Shown: positions 1 through 12,131 of the stretch, one piece after another
How positions within the stretch are numbered: position 1 is the stretch's first letter
Layout of the letters: each line of letters begins with the position of its first letter
Assembly: GCA_032718475.1 (NCBI GenBank)
Contig: JAUCBJ010003066.1
Coordinates: 1 to 64,000 of the forward strand
DNA from: Nemertoderma westbladi
Taxonomy: Eukaryota; Animalia; Xenacoelomorpha
DNA: 64,000 nt
Direction of reading: 5' to 3'
Program-made: the position numbers and the translations under genes
The notes under the pieces: generated by a model
Told to the model about the DNA's origin: nothing
Seen by the model: the letters and a program-made list of their open reading frames with translations, nothing else
Database searches by the model: none

Positions 1-364
1 TAGTACCAACAGAATCATCAGAAACCTGTCCATTCCGATGCAACACCTCCATTCCAATAGTGCTACCCTGGGAAAAAACACGTTTTGGCAACCGATCGGA
101 GACAGTAAAGAGTCTGGTCAACTCATACATACCAAACATAGACCTACCACATAGACCACATAAACCACAGATCACACTAAGCCACCACCCCTACTGTGTA
201 CAGGACTGGCATTACGGCAACAGGCCGACTAGACGGTACCACGGCACCATGTTGATTCATGGTTCGTAAGACACGAGGGCCTTCAGTAACTCCCTTGCAC
301 TATAAGGAGGATTTAACGTGCCCCCAGACCCTCACGAGTTCGCCGCCGCCTGTTAAAGGCACCC

Positions 365-3361
365 CTATAGAGACCTCACCTCCTTAGGCACCTTTCTCCT
401 AGAGACGGGTTTTTCACTTACCTTGTTTTCCGGTGTCTTCTCTTGGGACTGCTTGAGGAGTTGCAATTTCATTTCTCCATCCAAGAATGACATGAGATCA
501 GCCATGGTAGGGTCTCGTCGTTGTTGTTCCATCATATATAGTACTTTCTTATCCCAGCGTGTGCCTACCCCACCTTTCGGTAAAGTAGAAGCCACAGCTC
601 CAATGACCATAGAACTTTGGTATTCATGGGACTTACCTAACCAATCTAATTGTCTACAGATCTCTTGAATCTCATCGGAAAACTCTATTATCCCACTGCT
701 GATGAACTTTCTGGGCGCTACTAATTTTGCATATAAATACTTAGCGATATTATTCCTATTACCATACCTGATGTTTAGTGTGTCCCAAACTTGTCTTAAT
801 CCGTCTGGATGTCCAATAAACTTTAACGCCATTAACTTGGGAGATCCTTCCAAGCACTCGATGAGGTATCTAAGTTTTTCTCCATTAGATAGTACAGAGT
901 TCTGTATGTTATCTTTGTAATATTCATTAAAAGGTAACCATTTCATCTCATCTCCATTGAACTTGACGATCTCTCCCACCTTTACCGCTTGCTGGGCTTC
1001 GGTTCTAGCCATTTGACGCGTAAAACTTTCTTGGGCCATCGTGTTATTTAATATCGAATTATCGGTATATAAATTTCTCGGATTATGATCAGTTCTATAG
1101 GGAATATCATTATCAACAGGTCTATAATTACCCTTAATAGGGTTCACTATAGGAGTTTCTACTTCGCTAGCAGTATATATGCGTGTAGGCTCCACACCTT
1201 GCGCATGAGATACTTCAGACCTAACAGGTTGACACATTGTTACAGAGGGTGGCGGTATACCCTTTTGAGTATTTACTAATTTATCGCGTTCTAGCGCGAT
1301 ACTTTGCTGCACTTCTTGCAACTCTAGCCTACTTTCCCTTACTGTGCCCTTGAATTGCTGGACAGTCTCCTGCATCTGCCCGAGCAGGATATCCATCCCC
1401 CGCCGTCCTTCGTCCACCCATTCGACCGCCGAAGCGGGAGTCGCCAACGTTGTAGTGGGCGGACGATGGACAACGGGCGACAAATTATGAATATTTCGCT
1501 CGGGGTCCAGGACTTGAACTGTCTCTGGGGCAGTTTTACGGGGCACAGGTAGCTTAGTGCTATGCAGAGGGAATTTAGAGGTAACTTCAGGGAGTACAGG
1601 TGTGTCTATCACCGAAGGGGTGATTTCGAGAACAGGCCTAATTATTTCAGGCTCATCTACTATAGTAGGGAGACTTTCTATTTTAATTATTTGGTCTGTG
1701 GGTTCTGTACTACCTAAGTTGGTGTTATTTAGTTGCCTTCTAACAGCTGGAGGCAAATCAGGCAATTTCTGACGGTGGAATGTTCTTTTACGTCTGCTTA
1801 GACGAGATCTATTTCCTTTGCCTTCAGTATCGGTGGTATCACCTTCCTCAGATGATGTATATCCCTGTCGTTTGGGAGTAGATCGATTCATCATCTGCAT
1901 ATTACTAGCTGTTAACTGTTTACTGAAGTCGTCTTGCTTCTCTTGAAGATTTTCCAACTCCAGTTGGGCGATCTCTTCAGCCGCTCTCCGTTCTGCTTCC
2001 GCCACCGCTGCCGCTTTTGCCTCTGCCGCTGCCGCTTTTGCCTCTGCCGCTGCCGCTTTTGCCTTTGCCTCTGCTTCTGCTGCTGCCGCTTTTGCCTTTG
2101 CCTCTGCTTCTGCTGCTGCCGCTTTTGCCTCTGCCGCTGCTTCTGCCAAGGTCGCTTTTCTTTCTGCCTCTGCCACTGCTGCTATCTTTCTGTCTTCTAT
2201 ACGTTTTTTCCTTACTTGTTCTTCTTGGACTCGTGTGATGCGGAGTTGTTTATCGAATTTAGCCTGATTCGCAGCCCTCATTTCCACATCGATGGCATCC
2301 AACACAAGCTTGGTTCCTTCACTATTAGGGCTAAGTCCCTCTAACCTTCTCCTCAACTCGTCATCACCTAAAAAACGTTGATAGTCTGACAAATAGATAT
2401 CAATGGCAACCCTCTTATGCGGTTTCTCTGCCGTCGCTTCACTTTCCACTTGGGAATAAGTAGCGTCTGTTGATTCTCCATGGGTTGATCGCTCCTCCAG
2501 CTGAGCTTTCCACTGAGCTGTTCCTTGAACCTGGAGACTCACCCGTTGAAACCAAGTCTTTACGGCAACTTGCAACGACGTGTCTTGTCTTCGTTTAGAA
2601 GCCTCCTCAAAGGCTGATAAGATTAGCCTGATTCGTAGAATTCTTTCTCTAACTTGATAAAGCAGCAATCCCTGCTCTTGAGGTCCTTGAGGTTGTTGAA
2701 ACAGTTGTTCTTTTAATCGCTCTATAGAGCTGAAGAATCCCTGTGTGTATCCGGCTGCGGACCTCTTCCACACAGCTGGATCGATGGTTTCCTTGGCTAC
2801 TCCCATCCGGTGTATGTCTTCCCAGGCAGCTTCTGATAAATCAAACGGGAGTCCGGGTCCGGGGAAGTTCCATTGCGACTCGACCATGGACTTCAGTTCT
2901 TCCCTTGTGTATCCAGCATAACTATCTCTAGTTGAACGCTGGCTTCTCGCCCAATCGATCTGGTGTTATTCCACAGCGATCAATAACCTAGTGAGTACGG
3001 CTGCAGGAAGGATGAGAAGGGGATCCGAATAAACCACATCCGTCATCCTTGCTCCGCGCTCGGGTGTCAGCTCTACAGTATCCTCACTACTGGAGCTGTT
3101 GGGCCATTGAGAAGTAAGTTCTTGACTAGCGGGTTGTTGCTGTTCCGCTGCTTCTTGGTCCCGCTTGACCTGAGCTCGGGTGCCTATGATAGACCTACGA
3201 TGTTGGACTAGCCTAGGTTCTGTTATTACTACTGGAGGGATGACCTTCCTCACAGTGGGAGGTGAACTGAACTTACGACTAGAGGGTTCTACACCTCTAT
3301 CTGAGTCGCAGATAGTTACATCTAATAAACTGTCTGACAGGTTCTGCTTAGTATCAGACAT
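365..3361 (-). CDS. gag: BEL/Pao Gag-like protein (DUF1759 domain, Ala/Glu/Lys coiled-coil repeat), about 998 codons with one in-frame TAA at 2966-2968
   Basis: IVKFNGDEMKWLPFNEYY...LSNGEKLRYLIECLEG...VWDTLNIRYGN matches the BEL/Pao Gag pattern. ORFs 2966..3361 and 365..2887 are in the same frame, with an open linker between them (HQIDWARSQRSTRDSYAGYTREELKS). Confidence 0.8.
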
Positions 3362-4679
3362 GACTAAGTATACCGTTGAATGTCTACCGCTGTATTACAG
3401 TCTGAGCAAGTCTAGTAACTCAGTATTAACTGCTAGCCTAGTAATTAATTACCGGTACTGCTACTCAGTGTAGCGTGATATATAATATATTAGAATACCG
3501 GTATGCTTATAGTATATATAACTATTATTACAGACTAGGTTTATCACCGAATACCGGTATAATTTTAGCACAAATATATATAAATATATAATAGGCCTAT
3601 CGGGAATACCGGTACAGCTGACAGTTTGTAGTGTATATATAAGTATAGTTATTAACTGAATTAATTACAGAATACCGGTATGCTTTCAGCACAAATATAA
3701 ATATTATAATAGGCCTATCATAAATACCGGTATATCAATTATTTTAGAATAATTGAATTTCTGAACTTTAAGGGTTACTTGGTTACTTTAACTTACTTTA
3801 TTACCGTTATTTAAGCAGTAGTCCAACTGATATTGAGACCTAATTGTTATATGGTAGGCCTACTATTTATAAATCGTTAGATTTGATTTATAATATATAT
3901 ATACCCGTTTTAATGGGTTTAGTCAATGTTTGAAATAAATGTTTTTATTTCTGGGGAGTAATCACTACACAAAGCGGTGCGCTTTCAGTGAAGTGTTACT
4001 TATAGGACACTAAAACAAATAATTCTAATTTACCTAAGTTACTTAATACTACAAATTACGTACAATTCGGGTGAGATTACAATCTCTAAATAAACACAAA
4101 AGTTTACAAAAAACACAAATACGAATTTTTAGGGTAATTTTACAAGAAGTCTACAAACCAGCCTAACAAAGGGTTAGAATTCTGGTTATTACAACGGACA
4201 GGGTACTACGGTATTTGAAATAATAAGTAGTAGTAAATACACTGCGTTGTCCAGATAGAAAAATACCACCGCCTGACGACCTATAGCCGTATCGCTATAG
4301 GTTCTACGTTATGTATCACGGAGTGTTCCTACCTAGAAGTTAATAGAGCTAATCGAACGTGCCTATTAACCACTTTACAACACAAATATAATGCCTACAC
4401 TAATTACTTTGGAAAGTACTGTACACTAAACCCTAAATTAGGTACGAGTACTTGTACGACAGATAATCAGTAGTTAAATATACTTGAACAGCTAAAAGAA
4501 CCACGGCATCTGCTGGAGTGACCGATGCACAAAATCACCAGTCTTTACCTACGCCAAGCAGCCCGTGTAGTACCGGGGTTAATTTAACTATAGCGGTATG
4601 TATAACAAACACAATTACTGTAGGAACAAACTTGGGGAATGAATGTTGCGAATAATCGCATAAACTCTGAATAATAAAT

Positions 4680-5240
4680 ATTACGCTACGCGTACAAACT
4701 ACTCAAACGAAATGCAGACCGAACACTGACAGACTACTATCAAGCCTAAACAAACTACGGTATATGCAGACTCCGAAATAATTAGGTAGTATGCGTTCTA
4801 ACCCAGTAGTACGACTTATTCTTTAATTGGGGGTTTACCTTACAGCATTCGCTGCCCCTACTTCCTAACCGTTCTTTATCGGACAAGTGATCTACACACG
4901 CTGCAATCCGTTCAGACCTAATAACAGCCAGACAACTATCCAGCCTACAAATTATCTAAATAAAATTATACGCTACCCGTACAGACTTACACAAACAAAG
5001 TACAGACTAAACGATGGCGGACTACTCTCAAGCCTAAATAAACTGCAGGACATGCAGACTCCGAAATGATTAGGGAGTATGCGTTCTAACCCAGTAGTAC
5101 GACTTATTCTTTAATTGGGGGTTTACCTTACAGCATTCGCTGCCCCTACTTCCTAACCGTACTTAATCGGACAGGTGATCTACACACACTGCAATCCGTT
5201 CGGACCTAACAGCAATCAGACAACAGCTCAGCCTACAAAT
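4680..5240. repeat. Tandem duplication of about 288 bp in the retrotransposon leader
   Basis: 4741-4951 and 5029-5240 share long identical runs, e.g. gtatgcgttctaacccagtagtacgacttattctttaattgggggtttaccttacagcattcgctgcccctacttcctaaccgt. Confidence 0.85.
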
Positions 5241-5414
5241 CGTCTGTACAATCTGATCAGGTTTACACGCCTTCTGTTCAATACTGGCCTACAAATAAAT
5301 AAAACTTGACAGAAATAAGTAAACCATATAAAGGAATAAGGGGTGATCAATCCCTAATCCCTTAACAGCCTACCGGTATGCAACAATCAAATCGAATAAT
5401 ACTAGTGTACTTAT

Positions 5415-5560
5415 ACGGAAGTACCGGTTAGGACAGCTAGGCCTACGGACCTACAGAAGTACCGGTTCTGGCAGTTGGACCTACGGACCTACAGCAGTAC
5501 CGGTTCTGGCAGTTGGGCCTACTGACCTACAGATGTACCGGTTCAGGTTTACCGGTTGAC
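5415..5560. repeat. Short imperfect tandem repeat built on GTACCGGTT...CCTAC.GACCTACAG, about 4 copies
   Basis: Visible directly in the sequence. Confidence 0.7.
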
Positions 5561-8239
5561 CGGTACTTTCAACTTTATTGCTTACTGCAATAAAGAAGCA
5601 ATATCCTTTAATGTTCGCGCTTTTAGACCTTTGGCAGTTGAACCCGCCAAATTAAGATGTCTTCTAGATATTAAATCGCTTTTTAGTCAATGACAAGTAT
5701 TTGATTCACTACACTAGTCGAAACCAATCTGTGCGCGATCATTCACCCGCTGGATATTCCCGGGAGATTGGGTTCGACGGTTTAATTTTATTGCTATGTA
5801 AGCCTAATGTATTATTCGACTGACAGTATTATATAATCTCTGACAATATTATTCACCTTCGGGAATATTAACAGTTCCTTTAGGACGTGGCGCTTTATTT
5901 ATATAAACAGAGTTATGACTTAAACTACTCACAACGATATGGCTTAATTATAATTCACATATATGGCGCATTCTTTAGGAAATGCTTCTTTAACAGACTC
6001 ACTCGTACACAATGCTGCACAATACTGCACACTAATCTGCCAATCTTCACTGATTTTAGTCACATATAAAAGGAACACAGACTGACTCATATAGGGTCTA
6101 TCAAATAACATTAGATTCACTTCAAACCACTTTAACATAAGTCACAATCGTTATTGGTAACCTTTCTCTCTTACCTTCGGTATATCAAGAATATTGGGTG
6201 TCGGGGTTATTTCTCGTTATTCCAATATAATAATTCACCAACAAATATAATGAATAACCGACAACAAATAGCAGTATACAGTATTGATTGAGCAGGTAAA
6301 TTTTAGCAGCAGTTATTCAAGTGATTAAAAGCCAGTGATATTCACAGCCGCCAGTTAAAGGATATATGTCCTTATAATTAAACCTACTAGTGTTGAGCTA
6401 AAAAGCAGAAAGCACAAAACACTACAAAGCCATTCTTTCGTGGCTTTGAAAAACTCGTGACTACTACTCTATACGAGGATACCAACTACCCTTATTCCAC
6501 GAAGCTCCCGTTCAACACAGAGAAAGAGCAGTGAGATAGGAAAATTTCAGTTCAGTAGCTCTGTGATAGGTCAAAATCAAGGCTAACTCAAATTCTATTG
6601 GGAGATACAAAAACAAGGCTATGACGCAACCTTTCTAGGCTGGTTGGCCGATTAAACAGAGCCCAGATACCTGCGTACAGCAAATCAGCCAATAAGCTGG
6701 TAGCTTGCGCTATTCGAGTTATAGATCCCCTTTTAGAGTATTCAGCGACTGGGGGGGAACTGGTTAGCAAGGCAAACGAATCAGTTATCCCACAAAAGCT
6801 TTTACACCCCATAACACTTCAAATGGTTCTGTGTCACCGTAAATAGAATAAAATAACCTCGCGCCGGTGCAAAACCATGCAAAATTTGAACGCCCATATC
6901 TCCGCTATTTTTCAACGAAATTCAAATTGTCTTACATATTTCGAATCCTTGTACGGTCAGCTTTTTATCAGTACCAACAAATCACTATAAGGTTGAAGAA
7001 TAACTACGGTGTAACTGGTGTAATATTGCACATAATAACACTTTTTTTAAACGCATTTTTCTAAAGATTGAAAGCAAAAATAAAAATTCTGGCTCACCCA
7101 GTCAGTGGTGGGAGGTGAAACTATCTCTGTTTCAAATTTCATGCAATCTCATTAAGATTTGTAGAAAAATTAGGGGGGGGGGGGCGTGTCACTGAATTAC
7201 GACACTATATTCTGGGACATGGTGTATAAAACATCACATATCATTGTGTTAAAGTTTCAGAATAGTAGCTTTATAAATAAAACAAATAGATTTGGGGTGA
7301 TGGTCCAATTAATATATTAAAAATTAAAGCTTGAGAAATTCTACCAAAACCATTACACTTTTTATAGCAAAGGTTTTATAGTAGGTTTAGTAATGTTACA
7401 ATACTTGATGAAAACTATTTTTGCAAAGTACTTATTATTTATTGGCACGCAGTCATCCAACGAAAATACTTTATATTTCCTTCGCAACATTTTCACAATT
7501 TTATTGTTTATAGTTTTTATCAGCTTTTTCTTTTGAAAGGGTTTGCGGAAAAATATCAATTTTCGGGCCATTTTTGGAAATTACGAAAATGTGACTTAGT
7601 GCCACCACAGGCTTAATCCCGCACTGAGCTAGTTCCGTCAATAGAGATACGTATAATACTGTAAAGCAGCACCAAGCGGAGTGAAGCATTCATATAAATG
7701 AAAATAATACATTCTGGAATACGGTAATTGAAATTGTTTCCAGGTTAATGATTACTTTGCAGCGTTACGAGTAATTCACCAGAACGGTGTTATGTTGACA
7801 TAATGTAACAATAAGATATTCATTATCAACCTAATTAAACCATGACCCGTAATATAGTGTTATTTTCTGATGACAACTACTACTACGATCGGTGTGCTTC
7901 ATTGCAGCTGCATTATATATATTTATATACTAGTTGTGTTTCAAACTTTACGCAATATGATCAAGATTTTTAGAAACAATTTTTTTTTGGGGGGGGGGGG
8001 GTGGGGTGGGTCCGTGTCATCACAAATTTACACTATATAACGTGTCATGGTGAAATAGGGTTAAAAGTGACCAGCAATTAATTTGTAATAATTTATTTTA
8101 TTCGTTTCCTAGGATTTTATATTCTAGGTTCAGTATCTGATTTCCACGAAGTGCGCTATACGGTAATCTTTAATTTATCATTATAATAATAGCATTATCA
8201 CTGTTAGTGAGTTCCAACATGGCCTAGATACCAGTAACA

Positions 8240-8542
8240 ATGCCACTGAGCTCAAACGGCAGTGAAGAGGATGTATTTTACCAGCCCCACAAGTGTAACG
8301 TGAACGTGACATGCCCGCCAGAGGTTCCGAAACCGGGTTTCGAGCCTAAGATAAACCGATTTCGAGCTCTGGATATGTTGTGGAATCGTCCTCGTCAGTG
8401 GTCGAACAGTATGTACCGACGTTATTTTATGGAGAGTGAAGATGAGTCTGTGATTCAACTGGAGGAAGTTCCTCATTCTACTTCAAAGATAACAGCTAAT
8501 ATTGGTCGGTCTTGGTCCCAATACTTTTTTGCAAATATGTAA
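8240..8542 (+). CDS. Unassigned 100-aa ORF, possibly a coding exon (candidate first exon of the FReD gene)
   Basis: ATG-initiated, GC-richer island in AT-rich surroundings. No recognisable domain. Confidence 0.25.
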   Translation: MPLSSNGSEEDVFYQPHKCNVNVTCPPEVPKPGFEPKINRFRALDMLWNRPRQWSNSMYRRYFMESEDESVIQLEEVPHSTSKITANIGRSWSQYFFANM

Positions 8543-8837
8543 ATGTTTACTATGAATGTCTTTTTTTTACTAGCTACTATTTTTGCTAGCTACTCACATA
8601 ATGTGAAAACATGGAGTTGGAATTGGAATATTGATTGGCATTATATAATGTAGGTGGAGGTTTATTATACAGTATATTTCCATCTGTAGGCCTACCAGAT
8701 ATCATTTGTCTGTGAATCTAACTCACAGACATATTTATTAATTAATAATATATTTTTTTAATGTTTATTAGCGAAATTATTATTAATAAAATAGTATATT
8801 AAACAGAATTTACAAATAATCATTAGAATAAATTATC

Positions 8838-9449
8838 GGCTAGAGTTCCGTACGTCCCCCCATTTTTAAAATGACTTGAATTGCCCGTGTATTGTCGGTC
8901 ATTTAATGTTATGGAATAGATTTTTTATATTGTACTATTGCATTTGTTTATTACATACAAATAGTTGATTTTTTATAAAAATAACTTTATACGGTTCTCT
9001 GAATTTATATCTATTGCTTCACGGCGACAGTAGTCGTAAGATTCATTGACAGAGTATGAGTACAGTATATTATATTAAGTACTTTTTCAGGCGCCAGTTT
9101 CACTCCCTCAAACCATGTTCCCTTTGTTATTGAAATTTCGTTGTCTCTACATTCTCCTTTTCTGCATCTAAATCTTCCAATTCCCTTAGTTTTTTCATTA
9201 AAATGCATGTCAGTGTGATGCACAGTGCATATCTTTTTTTTGGAAGAAGATTAACTCCCTGTAACCAGTTAATTGTCGATGTCCTGCCCCTGCACACGCT
9301 GTACAAATGACGGCGATTGTTAATGGAACACATTTTCTCTGCTTTTTTTAGAATGTTCTAGAATATTTAATTAGCGACGCTCAGGAAACATGGTGTTATG
9401 GTATAGTAAAAAAATCTCGCAAAATGGGGGGACGTACGGAACTGTTCCC
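8838..9449 (-). mobile_element. Merlin (IS1016/ISXO2-like) DNA transposon, internally deleted and non-autonomous
   Basis: 29-bp TIRs GGCTAGAGTTCCGTACGTCCCCCCATTTT / GGGAACAGTTCCGTACGTCCCCCCATTTT (3 mismatches). 8-bp TSD aaattatc / agattatc. Contains a transposase N-terminal remnant. Confidence 0.85.
9011..9333 (-). pseudogene. Frameshifted N-terminal zinc-ribbon region of a Merlin/ISXO2 transposase
   Basis: INWLQGVNLLPKKR continues in a second frame as HHTDM...FRCRKGECRDNEISITKGTWFEGVKL, which is typical of Merlin transposase N-termini. The DDE domain is absent. Confidence 0.75.
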
Positions 9450-9669
9450 AGATTATCTAATAGAATATCTAATAGAATAGAATACAACTTCATTATAGTT
9501 ATTACTAATTGTTACTGCATTATACAGTAGTTATTACTAATTGTTAAGAAAAGTGGTGGCAGATAGTTAGTAAGTAGTATAGGCTTGGCCGGCCTTGCGA
9601 CAGTTAGACCCCACTCATGACTCATCGCTTAGGAATGTGACACCTAGGGTGTCATTGGCGCCAGACTGT

Positions 9670-9979
9670 CTGGGTGACACCTCCCAATTAGGCTAACTAG
9701 ATCATAATTGACGGGTGTCATCAATTAATTAGTACATTCAATCCCTAATAGGTGTCTTATGACTCCTAATTAGGGTTTAATTGATTATCCTAATTAATCA
9801 GACCAATTGAACCCTATTTAAATTTGACCAATTGAGCGCTAATTGGTCTGATTAATTAGGATAATCAATTAAACCCTAATTAGGAGTCGTAAGACATCTA
9901 TTAGGGATTAAATGTACTAATTAATTGATGACACCCGTCAATTGTGGTCTAATTAGCCTAATTGGCAGGTGTCACCCAG
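9670..9979. repeat. Long inverted repeat/hairpin with arms of about 139 bp and a 32-nt loop
   Basis: 9670-9808 is the reverse complement of 9841-9979, with about 7 substitutions, mostly transitions. Confidence 0.95.
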
Positions 9980-10668
9980 TAAGCAACCGAGGGTGGACTC
10001 TCTATAGCCGAGGGGCACTTGTATAATAACTAATAATCACGAACCCCGTCCTCTTGTAATATACACCTAACTCTGCAGTAGTCAGTAGTAGTAGTAATAG
10101 TAGTTAGTAGTGGTAGTAAGTAGAATAAGAGTGAGAAAGAGAGAGAGAAAGAGAGAGAGAGTGAGAAGAAGTAGAGTAGAATAAGATACGGATTCATAAT
10201 TATTTTATCAAACTCATGTACTACTTACTTCAATGTGCCAATTGTAATAATAATTAAACATATTATTCCGATTAATCTGCGTTTGGCCCTATAAGATATT
10301 ATACTGACGTATTTTATATTAATATATCCATGCGAGTAAACAAGAAGTGAAGTAAATGTTTATTATGATAGTTTTAAAAATAGATAATATCAACGGTCTA
10401 ATAATAGATAATATACCAGAAATTGCCATTTGATCAGATGTATCAAAGCGGCGTCTTTAGTATAATACAATTCACTCTGTTATATAATGTAAATATACTA
10501 AATCTATTTATAAATATATTATGAGCCCTACATTGTATATTTATCCTACAGGTAGACAATGTAGTATGTTAAAACTCGATATAATTTGGTATAATGTATA
10601 ACATATTACAAATAACACTGAGGCAGCTAAACTATATTGCAAAGAAATCAAATATCCTAAAGTAATAT

Positions 10669-12131
10669 ACTAGACCCTCCCTCCACCCTATAAATAGTGT
10701 TCACCACCTACCCCACCCACCGCCCTCATTACTTCATAATAATGAAAGATAGTACTGGCGCTCCGGTCACTCCGTTCCCTCCGCTGGGGGGGTTAAGTGG
10801 TAGGTTTTGACACTATGCAAAATCCGAGCACAGAGTTAGAAGCGCATTGGATAGGCGAACATTACTTGCAGTGAAAGTATTTCCATACCTATTATAGTTT
10901 TCGAGATAGTCAGACATGAGTAGCAAAAATTTGAATTTTTTTCGGTAAAGTCTGATTTCACCGGTACCTGTCATCCGAAATATGGATTGTGATATATGGT
11001 TGGATGCGGGTCCACTAACTGTACATTCACATATTTTCAAGGAAAAAATTCGATCAAGGGTTTTCGAAATATTTTCGAATTACCGGAAGCAGACTTTGGA
11101 CGACCATATCTCCGGTACCGGTAGGCCTATTGAGTCGAAATTTTTTTTAATCTACTTAGAACACTCCAGTGAATGTTTTTTAGTTTGAAAGTTTTGTCCC
11201 AAAATGCTCAGAAGTAATTTCGAAAAAACTGATCATTTCGCGATCATGATCTTTTGACCCCCTAGAATTGAACTTTTTTATGGTCAAATTTTGGCTACCC
11301 CCCCTAATTCGAGGGTGAGGAATCTTTTTGTAATGTTAAGTTTTTTCATACGGTGAACTCACAGGACTTGGTCTTCGAAATAAAACCGAAAACATGATCT
11401 TTCCTGATCATGGCCTGATCAAATCGCTTTTTGAAAATTTCGAAATGCTTAAAAGTTGCCCCTTCTTAATAGAAGCCGATTGGTAAAAAAAAAATCGCGG
11501 GTCTCAAACAAAGTTTTCGAGAAAATCGGGAAAAACCGAAAAACACGATCTTTTATGATCAGGAAGCTGATCTTGAGAACCGGTTGACCGATCGAGCCAA
11601 TTTTTCTTTTAATCAACTCAGAATAGACCATTGAACATTTCTTACAATGAATGTTTATTAGAAAAATGCTTAGATTCGATTTTAAATATACTGATCTTTT
11701 CGCGATCATGATCTTGAGTTTTGACCCACTAGACTTGAACTTTTTTATGCCCAAATTTTGGCTACCCCCCATAATTCGAGGGTGAGGAATCTTTTTGTGA
11801 TGTTAAGTTTTTCCATACGGTGAACTCCCAGGAAGGTAAACCCATATGCTGCCTATCGATTGGCGCTGGTCCCAAGTCCGTAGCATTAGCGGTTCTGGAC
11901 TTATCTCCATAGCAACGAGGTTGCTAGGGAGGCTAACTTTTTGACTCAAATTGGCCCTAGCCGGAGAACCGTAGACTTTTGAAACGTAATGTATATGGGA
12001 AAAAGTCTTCTAGATAAATTTTGGGGGGGGGGGGGGTCTAGGAACATCCTATTGTTGGTTTTCGCTTAGTTTCCGAGAAAACCTTCTCCCCCAAATTCCG
12101 CGGAATCTATAAAGGCCTGCGCAAGACTAGT
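10669..12131. mobile_element. Probable nested non-autonomous DNA element (unclassified) with ACTAG ends
   Basis: Composition shifts between ACTAG (10669) and ACTAGT (12126-12131). Internal direct repeat of about 140 bp at roughly 11229-11366 and 11691-11833. Family not determined. Confidence 0.4.

Larger units (their letters stand above)
1..6816 (-). mobile_element. BEL/Pao-type LTR retrotransposon, 5' part (putative 5' LTR, long repeat-rich leader, gag); continues off the left edge
   Basis: The gag ORF has a DUF1759-like segment. A putative LTR start TGTTATGGGG lies on the minus strand at 6816. The second LTR, PBS and TSD are not visible, so the boundaries are tentative. Confidence 0.6.

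Noticed and set aside
423-2931. Plus-strand ORFs including Cys/Arg-rich and Leu/Pro-rich ones
   Set aside because: Antisense shadows of the gag ORF and its AAAEAK repeat.
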